A stretch of DNA of 64,000 nt from an uncultured delta proteobacterium. GTDB taxonomy: Bacteria > Myxococcota_A > Polyangia > Polyangiales > Houyiibacteriaceae. A program made the translations under genes and the position numbers. Position 1 is the stretch's first letter; each line of letters begins with the position of its first letter. The DNA lies in assembly GCA_963845195.1 (NCBI GenBank), contig CAWJRH010000001.1, positions 852,597 through 916,596 on the forward strand, given 5' to 3'. The notes beneath the pieces are model-generated. The model was not told the DNA's origin and did no database searches. It saw only the letters and a list, made by a program, of their open reading frames with translations. Below are positions 26,059 through 34,149 of this stretch, one piece after another.

Positions 26059-28557
26059 GTGAACTACCGATCGCTCACGCCCTGGCTCTGCTTCCTCTTC
26101 TCGCTCGGACTCGTCGCCTGCGATACCGGCCTGCGCCCGGAGCAGTTTGAAGCACATCTGACACAGAAGGCCGATGTCGACGTCTGCGACCAAAGCAGCG
26201 ACGACTTCGATCCGTTCGACCCGCGCTGCGACGAGAGCGGCCCAGGGGGCACCGGCGTGTTCGATCCTGAGCCTTGCCCCGGAGGCGATCCGACCTGCAA
26301 TCGGAGTCAGGCGTACCCGACCCAGTACGACCTCACGGTCCAGAACTCCTCGAATGTCGCGTTCTCATCCGGCGCCAACGGATTGCGGCTGCTTGGCGGC
26401 AGCTCGAACCTCGTCGACTCGGACGGGGACGACGTGCCCGACGAAGCAGACGAGTGCCCGGGGCCCGGCTGGAGGACTCCGTGCGACGGGGACCCGACCA
26501 ACGATGGAATCTATCAGACCGTCTACTACGACGTCGGCAACGAGATCACGCTCGGCGCCAACATCAACGTTGATGGAAAGATTCGCACGGCCGACGCCTA
26601 CATTCTCATGGACGCGACCGGATCGATGGGGGGCGAGCAGGCGCAGCTGATTCGCGACCTCACCAAAGGAACCTTCATTGACCCAGAGGAGTGCCCGGGT
26701 GCGGCCGAGACCGGCCTTGCCGGTGCGCTGAAATGTGTGGTCGAGAACGTCTGGATGGGGCTCGGTCAGTTCAACGAGTATCCGTTCGCGCCGCACGGCC
26801 ACAACTACGGGTATGCGCCCTACCACCATCACCTCGACGTCACCGACAATCTGCAGCATCTGCTCGACGCGGTGTCGACCCTCCGGACCAAGGGCAATCG
26901 CGACACCCCCGAGGCGACGACGCAGGCGCTCTACTCGGTCGTGACCGGGCAAGGTCTCGGACCGTGGGTACCGAACCGGCAGGGCTGCCCCGAGGGGCAC
27001 TGGGGCTACCCCTGCTTTCGCCCGACTGCACTTCCGATCGTGATGCTCTTCACCGACGACGAGATGCAGAACGGGCCCCGACCGCAAAGCCCGCTCTACC
27101 GCGACTTCGGCGCTACTGGCCGCGGCACACGCATTCCGCCGGTCATTCAGGATCCGGGGATGCTGTACTCCTCAAACGCCGTCTCGGCGCACGACTTCGG
27201 TGACCTCACGACGACGTCGATGACGGCCATGGGCACGAACTCGCTCTTTGGAAACAATTTCAACACGTCGCCCGCCTCGGGTGCCTGTCACTACTGCAAC
27301 AGCAAGGGCTGTTGGGGCGACGGCCGCGACGGGGTCATCACCTTCACGACGCGCAACCTGCTTCCTTCGGTGAAGATCAGCAGCGACGGCACGTTCTATC
27401 CCGACACGAAAGTCGCGCTGTTCGACTCGTCGCTCAGCATGTACGCCTGCGGCGTCGGTCCCGGGGGCGGAAACCTATGGGGTCGCCTCGACGAGCCGCT
27501 GCCTGCCGGACGTTGGTTCGCGGTCTCCGACCCTCGCATCGCGCCCAACAAGAGCGTCAACAGCGCGCGAGGACCTTTTCAGATTCGTATTCAGACCACC
27601 GCAGACGACCCGAGCTGGCAGACCGCCGATGCGCCGGTCGACTGGACGACGGTCGAGACCGAGCTGCTTGCCAACGCGATCAAGGTCGTGAGCATCCTAA
27701 GCCCCGGCAACGGGAGCAACGCCAGAGCATCGCTCGACATCGACGCACTTGCCTATGCGACCGGGTCGGTCGACCAGTTTGGTGAGCCCTACGTCGAGAC
27801 GATTCAGGGCAACGGCCAGGGCCTCACCACCGCAGTTCTCGACGCCGTGCGCTCGCTCGTGGGCGATACGCGTCGCGACGTGACCATCATTCCGGTCGAC
27901 AACCCGGCGACTCCGACCGTCGACGAGTCGCAGTTCGTCGGCACCGTCACCGCGACCCAGTGTCCAACGACCGGGATCAACAACTGCCTCGGCGGTGAAG
28001 GCACCGACACCTGCATCGGCTGTCTGGCCGATAGTGACCTCGACTTCGAGTTCCGGGTCGGCAACTCGATCGTGCCTCCTTCTAGCAGCCCGCAGGTGTT
28101 CGACTTCAATCTCGTCTCGTATGCCGACGGGAGCGTCGAACTTAGCCGCATTCCCGTTCGCGTCTTGGTGCCACCGGCCGGCGTCGACTTCGGCACCGGG
28201 TACTTCGAGACGGACTACAGTGCCGAGCTCGCCTGCACCATGCCGCCCGAACGCCCCGACTGGGGTACGCTCACCTGGGTCGGTGCGCTGCCTTCGGATA
28301 CCAAGCTCGAGTTCGAGATCTTCACCGGGAACACGCTCGAAGAGCTCGACGAGGACCAGATTCCGGTCTCGGTCATCGTGCCGGACGACGCGCCCGGCAA
28401 TAGCTTCGACCTCGGTCAGGCACTGCTGACCAACGGCGCAATGAACTACATGCCGTTCGTACGGGTCCGCGCGAAGATGTTGGCCTCGTCCGACCGTCGA
28501 GCGACGCCGATCCTCTCGGGGTGGACTACCGAGTTCAACTGCATTCCGTTCGACTAA
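26059..28557 (+). CDS. large vWA/MIDAS-like lipoprotein, cassette 2 large partner
   Basis: ORF 26041-28557. TTG 26041 overlaps the upstream stop; I prefer GTG 26059 (RBS gaaagga), giving VNYRSLTPWLCFLFSLGLVACDT (lipobox). Collinear with 22343-24835 (ILMDATGSMGGEQAQLIRDLTKGTFIDP, GLGPWVPNR, WGYPCFRP, RGPFQIRIQTTADDPSWQT, QCPTTGINNCL, MPPERPDWG, VRVRAKMLASSD, GWTTEFNCIPFD). Confidence 0.8.
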   Translation: MNYRSLTPWLCFLFSLGLVACDTGLRPEQFEAHLTQKADVDVCDQSSDDFDPFDPRCDESGPGGTGVFDPEPCPGGDPTCNRSQAYPTQYDLTVQNSSNVAFSSGANGLRLLGGSSNLVDSDGDDVPDEADECPGPGWRTPCDGDPTNDGIYQTVYYDVGNEITLGANINVDGKIRTADAYILMDATGSMGGEQAQLIRDLTKGTFIDPEECPGAAETGLAGALKCVVENVWMGLGQFNEYPFAPHGHNYGYAPYHHHLDVTDNLQHLLDAVSTLRTKGNRDTPEATTQALYSVVTGQGLGPWVPNRQGCPEGHWGYPCFRPTALPIVMLFTDDEMQNGPRPQSPLYRDFGATGRGTRIPPVIQDPGMLYSSNAVSAHDFGDLTTTSMTAMGTNSLFGNNFNTSPASGACHYCNSKGCWGDGRDGVITFTTRNLLPSVKISSDGTFYPDTKVALFDSSLSMYACGVGPGGGNLWGRLDEPLPAGRWFAVSDPRIAPNKSVNSARGPFQIRIQTTADDPSWQTADAPVDWTTVETELLANAIKVVSILSPGNGSNARASLDIDALAYATGSVDQFGEPYVETIQGNGQGLTTAVLDAVRSLVGDTRRDVTIIPVDNPATPTVDESQFVGTVTATQCPTTGINNCLGGEGTDTCIGCLADSDLDFEFRVGNSIVPPSSSPQVFDFNLVSYADGSVELSRIPVRVLVPPAGVDFGTGYFETDYSAELACTMPPERPDWGTLTWVGALPSDTKLEFEIFTGNTLEELDEDQIPVSVIVPDDAPGNSFDLGQALLTNGAMNYMPFVRVRAKMLASSDRRATPILSGWTTEFNCIPFD

Positions 28558-28583
28558 GACCGAGTTCAGGGTGAACTCGGTCT
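28557..28583. terminator. perfect 11-bp hairpin shared by convergent gene ends
   Basis: agaccgagttc-agggt-gaactcggtct spans the gap between the TAA of the vWA gene (28555-28557) and the stop of the minus-strand propeller gene (28582-28584). No U-tract. Confidence 0.5.
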
Positions 28584-30804
28584 ACCCGCCCTGAATCAGG
28601 GTCAGCACGGGTTTGGGCGCATAGCCCGCGAGGTATCCGCTCTCCTCGGCAACGTAGACCCAGCCGCGTTCGTCGACGCGCATCATGTCGGGCACGAGTT
28701 CGCACGGCAGGCTCGCGGAGAGGCGGCCGCCGTCGCTTGGGCGAAGGACGTGGACCGAGGACGCAGGGACGAATAGGGCGCCTCCACGCAGCACCGGTTC
28801 GAGCCTCCGCGGAATCTCATCGGCGAGCGCGTCCGCAAGCGAAGCGGACCATTGGACGTCTCCCGATCCGACGTCGAGCGAGACGAGCTGTCCGAACGGC
28901 GCGTTGACGACCCAGCTATCGTCGATGCAAAGCCCGGCACCGCCGATGCCCATGCCCGGATCCTGGGTCCTCCAGAGCGAGCGGCCGTCTTCGACCGCGT
29001 GAGCGCAGAGCTGGGACTGCTCGCCGGTCGTGGAGATCAGCACCGTGCGATTCGCGCGTGCCGGGTCCGACGTCGGGGGCCCCGACAGAGCCTGCTGCCA
29101 CCGAGGCTGCCCGCTGTAGAGGTCGATCGCATAGAGCAGACCTTCGTGCGCACCCTGTGCCGCCGCGGCGATGACCGTCTCGTCGACGACCAGGGGCTTG
29201 AATCGGAAGCTTCCCCGCTCGGCGAATCGCCAGACGTCTTCGCCTGTCGCGAGGTCGATGGCGTGAATCGCCTCGTCACCACAGGTGACCAAGAGGATTC
29301 GGCCGACCTTGGTCATACGGAACTCGCCGCCGCTGCGGGAGGCGAACCTCCATCGAGGCTCTCCGGTTCGCACGTCGATTGCGACCAGACGATGGCTGCC
29401 CTCGGTCAGCACGGCCACTGGGGGAAAGCTATCGCCGCCGGCCATCATGCCGCTCGGTGGACCGCCGATTCGCGGGGTGATGTGGGTGGAGCAGTAGGGC
29501 TCCCCGTCTTCGATGCTGCAGAGTTCGAGCTCGCCCTCTGCGGACACGCGGATCAGTACGGTGCCGGCCATCAGGGTTGCCGCGGCGCTGCCGGGGCGCG
29601 CCCAGAGCACCTGACCATCGTCGCGAGAGATCGCGACCATGTGATTCTGCGCGGCGACGACCAAGCGATCGCCGCACATGAACACGGCGTTGGCATCGAG
29701 TCCTTCGAGTCCGATGCGCCATCGTTCGTCGAACTGAAGTGACGGCAGCCGGTCGGAGGCTCCCGCCGTCTCGGGTGCGTGCCCGTGCAAGCGGAGGCGG
29801 TCCGGGTCGAGATTGACGAAACTGTCGGCGTTCCGGCGCGTTCGAATCTCTTGGCGGAGCGCACGTACCTCTTGGCGAAGCGCGCGCACCCGGAGGTTCC
29901 GGCTTTGGCCCCGATCGGCGGCAACGAGGCTGCGGAGCAAGTCGCTCGTGAGCTTGAGGATCGGGAGCGCTGCTTCAGCGATACTCAGCGAGGTGGCGGT
30001 GAGGTCCCCCTTTCCCTCCGAGCAGAGCTCAACGCTCACGAGCTCCGACGAAGACTTGCGCATGGCGATCTGGAACGAGCCGGCGCGAAGACGCACGTGG
30101 GTTGGTCGCTTGCTGTCCCAGCTGTCGACCAGGGTGCGGACCGCCACCACCATTCGGTGGGCTGCCAGCAAGATAGGACCTCGGACCAGAGAAAGGCGGC
30201 GTCCCCGAACGAACGCCCATAGATGGCCTTCGAAGAGAAGCGCGTGGACGTCGGCACGGGTCGAGCGGCTTTGCGACGAGGTCGACGAGGGGTAGATGCC
30301 TGCCTCGTATCCGAAGGCCAGAGGCACCTCGGACGGCGGCGCGTCGAGTTCACCGCCACGGTGGTTGATCGCGGCGAGCGGCCCGTCGACCTCCGGCGCA
30401 ACCTTGGTCGCTAGGGCACGCTCCGCGACCCGCATCGAGATCTGGCGCGAGGTCGGGTCGGGCTCACAGGTGGCCGCTTCCAGCATCGCCTGCGCGCACG
30501 TATCTAGCAGATGCCGCAGCGGCACCGCCCGATCCAACTGATACACCACCGGCGCGCTCGCCGTGCCGTAGCAGCTGATGAGCACCGAGTCGCCGCGTCG
30601 AAGCAGCGCATACTCGATCGCAGTCGTGGCCAGTGGGAGTAAGACCTTCCGCTTGGCCCCCATGGCGAGCGCTGTGGTCGCGGCGGTGAGGTCTGCGATC
30701 GAGGGAACCTCGACGTCGAGCTCGCTGCCAAGCAAGAGGCGCGGAACCACGGAATCCGTGGGGCCGGCGGCGTAGGAAACCGTTTCGTCTAAGCGTGCAA
30801 CCAT
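28582..30804 (-). CDS. PQQ-like beta-propeller repeat protein with ~340-aa uncharacterised N-terminal domain
   Basis: 740 aa with no signal peptide. The C-terminal ~390 aa carry repeated propeller blades (AISRDDGQVLWAR, AIDVRTGEPRWRF, AIDLATGEDVWRF, AIDLYSGQPRWQQ, AVEDGRSLWRT, SLDVGSGDVQWSA). The N-terminal half is unrecognised and ends in a short coiled-coil-like segment (RVRALRQEVRALRQEIRTRR). Confidence 0.8.
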   Translation of the reverse strand: MVARLDETVSYAAGPTDSVVPRLLLGSELDVEVPSIADLTAATTALAMGAKRKVLLPLATTAIEYALLRRGDSVLISCYGTASAPVVYQLDRAVPLRHLLDTCAQAMLEAATCEPDPTSRQISMRVAERALATKVAPEVDGPLAAINHRGGELDAPPSEVPLAFGYEAGIYPSSTSSQSRSTRADVHALLFEGHLWAFVRGRRLSLVRGPILLAAHRMVVAVRTLVDSWDSKRPTHVRLRAGSFQIAMRKSSSELVSVELCSEGKGDLTATSLSIAEAALPILKLTSDLLRSLVAADRGQSRNLRVRALRQEVRALRQEIRTRRNADSFVNLDPDRLRLHGHAPETAGASDRLPSLQFDERWRIGLEGLDANAVFMCGDRLVVAAQNHMVAISRDDGQVLWARPGSAAATLMAGTVLIRVSAEGELELCSIEDGEPYCSTHITPRIGGPPSGMMAGGDSFPPVAVLTEGSHRLVAIDVRTGEPRWRFASRSGGEFRMTKVGRILLVTCGDEAIHAIDLATGEDVWRFAERGSFRFKPLVVDETVIAAAAQGAHEGLLYAIDLYSGQPRWQQALSGPPTSDPARANRTVLISTTGEQSQLCAHAVEDGRSLWRTQDPGMGIGGAGLCIDDSWVVNAPFGQLVSLDVGSGDVQWSASLADALADEIPRRLEPVLRGGALFVPASSVHVLRPSDGGRLSASLPCELVPDMMRVDERGWVYVAEESGYLAGYAPKPVLTLIQGG

Positions 30805-30906
30805 GCTGGTTTTTTGAGCCTCGCGTGTGAAGAAAAAATGGTACTTGGCTGGCTCGGCGTGGATCCAAAAAAAGGAGTCGTTTCCTCTTATGTTGACAGC
30901 GAGGCT

Positions 30907-31314
30907 ATGAGTTCAGAATCGATGCAGTGGGTCGCCGTGACTGTCTTAGTGTTCCGTGGCGAGCACCTGCTCACGATGCAGCGCGCCGCAGACGCGGCTG
31001 CGGGACCTGGCGTGTGGGAGGGAGTTTCAGGACGAGTTCGTCCGGACGAAGACCCTCTCGATGCGGCCCGCCGCGAGCTACTCGAAGAAACCTCGCTCGA
31101 AGCCGCGGTACGTCCGCGCCCGGTCGATGTGTACGCGGCCAGTCGCCGCGGCGAGCCGATGACCGTCATCGTCTTTGCAGCCGACCACCGGCGCGGCGAG
31201 GTAGTTCTTTCCCAGGAGCACGACGCGTTTCAATGGGTAGCGCTCGCCGAGCTCAGTGCGCTCGGCGTTCCACCGCGCCTGATCGAGGCCGCGCGGCGCG
31301 CTCACGACGACTGA
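30907..31314 (+). CDS. NUDIX hydrolase
   Basis: Nudix box GVSGRVRPDEDPLDAARRELLEETSL. ORF 30814 (TTG) trimmed to ATG 30907 (MSSESMQWVAVTVLVF); start uncertain. Confidence 0.75.
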   Translation: MSSESMQWVAVTVLVFRGEHLLTMQRAADAAAGPGVWEGVSGRVRPDEDPLDAARRELLEETSLEAAVRPRPVDVYAASRRGEPMTVIVFAADHRRGEVVLSQEHDAFQWVALAELSALGVPPRLIEAARRAHDD

Positions 31315-32464
31315 CCGAGGCCCCGAGCCATCTTCCCATCGCCCCATCGAACGCATCAATGGAATGATGCGACGCAAGATAGCTTTGCGCTCGCGACGCG
31401 AACTGCTGCGCCGTCGCCGTATCCTCGAGCAGGTGGCAGGAGGCGTCGGTGAACGCGCGCGAGTCGTCGTCCGCCACGACCAGACAGGCTTCGTCGACGG
31501 GCAGGCCCGCGGTTGCCCTTCGCGCCGCGATCACCGGAAGGCTTCGGGCGAACGCATCGAGCATCTTGATCGGCAGGCCTCCTGGGGTGCGGCGGGGGAT
31601 CCACGCGAAGTCGGCGGCGGCATGCACCCTTCGGCGTTGGGTCTCGCCTGCTAGAGACACGACGGTCAGCGCCTGGTCGACTCGGCAATGCCTCGCCAGA
31701 TCGAGGGCAGGGCGTGGGTCTGATTCCGTCGCGAGAAGCAGGCGGGCGTCGGCCCGTCGGGCGACGAGCCCTTTCAGCGCGCCGAGGAGCACATCCCAGC
31801 CCTGATATCGGTCGAGATTGCCGGCGTAGAGGGCCACCGGCCCGCCGACGCCAAGGCCCAGTTCCGTGCGAGCCGCATGCTGCGCACCTTGGGGAACGCC
31901 GGCGATTGAGGCGCGATGTGCGGCCCAAGGCACCGGCAGATAGACAGCGCCGCGGCCGAGGACCTTAGTGAGCGCCGGTGCAACTGCGGCGGTCCCGGTC
32001 GCCCTCGCACGCACCCAGTGTTCGAGCGCACTGCCCGCAAATGAGATGATGGAGGCGGGAAGCTTGGGAAGGTAGATCGGCAGCTCGCTCGCGAGGCTCG
32101 TGTGCGCGACGTAGAAGACCGGCGCCACGTCGGCGAGGATCGCCGCCGCCCCCGCTTCGACGTGATGTGCGACAATCGCATCGAAGCGGTGCAAGCGGGC
32201 GAGTCGACGGACTTCGAATACACACCGCGCATCGAGGGCAAGCTTCCCGACCGAGGGTCCCGAACGCAGCGATGGTACCTTTGGATGGTTCGGGAGCCGA
32301 TCGACGGCGTAGCGCGTGAGCTCTTCGTAGCCGCGCGCCCAATACGTCAGCAGGCGCACCTCGGAGTCTCGACTGGACGAAGCATCGAGCATTGCACCGA
32401 CTGCCGCCTGCGTTCCCTGACAGGTTGGAAAGGGCATGCACGCGACGTGCAGCAACCGCGTCAT
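31253..32464 (-). CDS. glycosyltransferase, GT-B fold (GT4/GT1 type)
   Basis: ORF 31253-32956 trimmed to ATG 32464, which overlaps the upstream stop (ATGA). Begins MTRLLHVACMPFPTCQGTQ. C-terminal GT1 signature region (FAWIPRRTPGGLPIKMLDAFARSLPVIA). Confidence 0.8.
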   Translation of the reverse strand: MTRLLHVACMPFPTCQGTQAAVGAMLDASSSRDSEVRLLTYWARGYEELTRYAVDRLPNHPKVPSLRSGPSVGKLALDARCVFEVRRLARLHRFDAIVAHHVEAGAAAILADVAPVFYVAHTSLASELPIYLPKLPASIISFAGSALEHWVRARATGTAAVAPALTKVLGRGAVYLPVPWAAHRASIAGVPQGAQHAARTELGLGVGGPVALYAGNLDRYQGWDVLLGALKGLVARRADARLLLATESDPRPALDLARHCRVDQALTVVSLAGETQRRRVHAAADFAWIPRRTPGGLPIKMLDAFARSLPVIAARRATAGLPVDEACLVVADDDSRAFTDASCHLLEDTATAQQFASRAQSYLASHHSIDAFDGAMGRWLGASVSRRERAARPRSGAVERRAH

Positions 32465-34140
32465 TCGACGTATCCGAGAGCTCTCAGTCGAGCTTCGACC
32501 AGGGCATCGTTTTGCCGAACGTGCGAGGGCCGGGCGGTCGACTCGGGGAGAACGGAAGTCGCGTCGGTCGAAACCGCGAGCGTTTCCCATAAGACGCGGC
32601 CGGCAAACGCGGACGGAACCGCAAGGTCGAGTCGGGCCAGGAGCGTCGCAGGGAGATCCGCGATGTGGGCGTCGATGCGCCCGACAGAGTCGACCCGAGG
32701 CCCCGCCATCGCCATGAATCCACGCGGACGGTGACTCCCGGGAAGACTTCGCCCCTTCTTGCCGACTCGTTCGTGGGGTTCGAGGCGGCGCCAGGGCCCC
32801 GATCCTGCCGGCGCCCCGTCGCTCGGCATCAAGTTGTACGAGTAGCCCTCGTCCAGATGAAGATCGAGAAGCAGATCGGGCGCCCTGGTGACGTACGGCC
32901 CCTCGAAGAGGGATTCGCGCGGCATCACATCGCGTACGACCGGGCGCCCGGTCCAAGGATCACGTACCCCAAGCAGAGCAGCGCGCACTCTGGCTACGGC
33001 GTCTCGTGTTTGGTCTTCGGAGACCGCGCCTCGGGGCTCGCGGCCGCGCAGGTTGAGGTGGATTCCCGGAAAGTAGTTGAGTTCGTCGCTGAACGCGATC
33101 GTCCGGTCCATGTCGATGGCACCGAAACGGACGCTCGACTCGAGCCGGCCTGGAAGCCAACCGCCACCCAGTCGAAAGATGCGCTCACGCAGACTCGGTG
33201 GCAGTCGCCTGAGTGCGAGTTCCTTCAGCCATGTCGGCCCGAGTCCGAGTCGCCGGCTTCGCGACTTGAAGTGCAAGAGGCCATGTTCCGCGAGGAGGCG
33301 GTTGAGGTAGAGAACTTTGTCCGACGACCCGCCCGACCCATGGTCGCTGAGCACGGTGACCTCGGTGTCTGGTCCCGCGGTCTTCACCAATTGCCCCACC
33401 GCGTCGTCGAGAGCGCGATACACTCGCAGCAGTCCGGCCCGCTGGTCGGTCGAGACCCGCTCGGGGCGCCGCGGTGAGCGCGGATCGTGATGTGCCCACA
33501 GATAGTGCGAGCCCGTGTCGCTCTCCCCGAAGTAGACGGCGAACACGTCCCACGCGCTGCGCTCGAGCAGCCACTGTGCCCAGCGCTCCTTGTTCGATAC
33601 GCGTGCCACCAGCGCGTCGGGCAGCCTGTCGACCCACCCCGGGCTGTCTGCTTGGAACTCGTCGACATCGTCGAACGTTGGCCGGCCGAATCGCTCGACG
33701 GTTTCGTCGTAGAGGGAGGGTGGCCACATGAACGAGCGGTCCGCCTCGAACGCGACTGGCGCATCCCACCCGCTGACGAAGATGCCGCGCGACAGGGGTT
33801 CCGGGGGCCAGGTGCCCGGAAAACTCAGGCAGGCGCAGCGCAGGCCCGCAGCATCGAGCCGCTGAAAGAGCGTCGGGGCCTCCCGGGCCGTGCCTCCCGT
33901 GAATCGCACCTGGTACCCGCGCCTACGCGTGAAGTCGAACACACCGTGGCGACCCGGATCGAGGCCGGTGAGAAACGTAGTCCAGTTGGGAAGCGTTGCC
34001 GGCGGCTGCACCGACTCGAGCGCCGCGTACGCGCCGGCGTTCATGAGGTGGTGAAGGTTCGGGAGGCACTCCTCACCGAATTGCTCCACCAGGTGGAGGT
34101 CGAGCCCGTCGAGGCCGATCACGAGGGCGCGTGCTGACAT
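32461..34140 (-). CDS. alkaline-phosphatase-superfamily phosphodiesterase (type I phosphodiesterase/nucleotide pyrophosphatase family)
   Basis: N-terminal metal-ligand and nucleophile contexts (ALVIGLDGLD...QPPATLPNWTTFLTGLDPGRHGV), and later VLSDHGSGG. 559 aa. Confidence 0.8.
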   Translation of the reverse strand: MSARALVIGLDGLDLHLVEQFGEECLPNLHHLMNAGAYAALESVQPPATLPNWTTFLTGLDPGRHGVFDFTRRRGYQVRFTGGTAREAPTLFQRLDAAGLRCACLSFPGTWPPEPLSRGIFVSGWDAPVAFEADRSFMWPPSLYDETVERFGRPTFDDVDEFQADSPGWVDRLPDALVARVSNKERWAQWLLERSAWDVFAVYFGESDTGSHYLWAHHDPRSPRRPERVSTDQRAGLLRVYRALDDAVGQLVKTAGPDTEVTVLSDHGSGGSSDKVLYLNRLLAEHGLLHFKSRSRRLGLGPTWLKELALRRLPPSLRERIFRLGGGWLPGRLESSVRFGAIDMDRTIAFSDELNYFPGIHLNLRGREPRGAVSEDQTRDAVARVRAALLGVRDPWTGRPVVRDVMPRESLFEGPYVTRAPDLLLDLHLDEGYSYNLMPSDGAPAGSGPWRRLEPHERVGKKGRSLPGSHRPRGFMAMAGPRVDSVGRIDAHIADLPATLLARLDLAVPSAFAGRVLWETLAVSTDATSVLPESTARPSHVRQNDALVEARLRALGYVE

Positions 34141-34149
34141 CGCCTGAGC

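Noticed and set aside
30890-30910. 6-codon mini-ORF (ATG TTG ACA GCG AGG CTA TGA) whose stop overlaps the NUDIX start, preceded by aaggag
   Set aside because: It could be a leader peptide. However, the SD spacing is long (12 nt), it is tiny, and I have no conservation evidence, so it is not reported as a feature.
31253-32956. Long N-terminal extensions in the ORF track (e.g. 31253-32956, 37279-38874, 18145-19209, 39553-40740, 40559-41497, 60040-61746, 15829-17118, 13044-15188, 49399-50430, 53928-54896)
   Set aside because: The extended parts overlap the upstream gene in another frame and are Arg/Pro/Ser-rich junk. In each case an internal start gives a sensible N-terminus (signal peptide, lipobox or conserved family start), often with stop/start overlap to the upstream gene.
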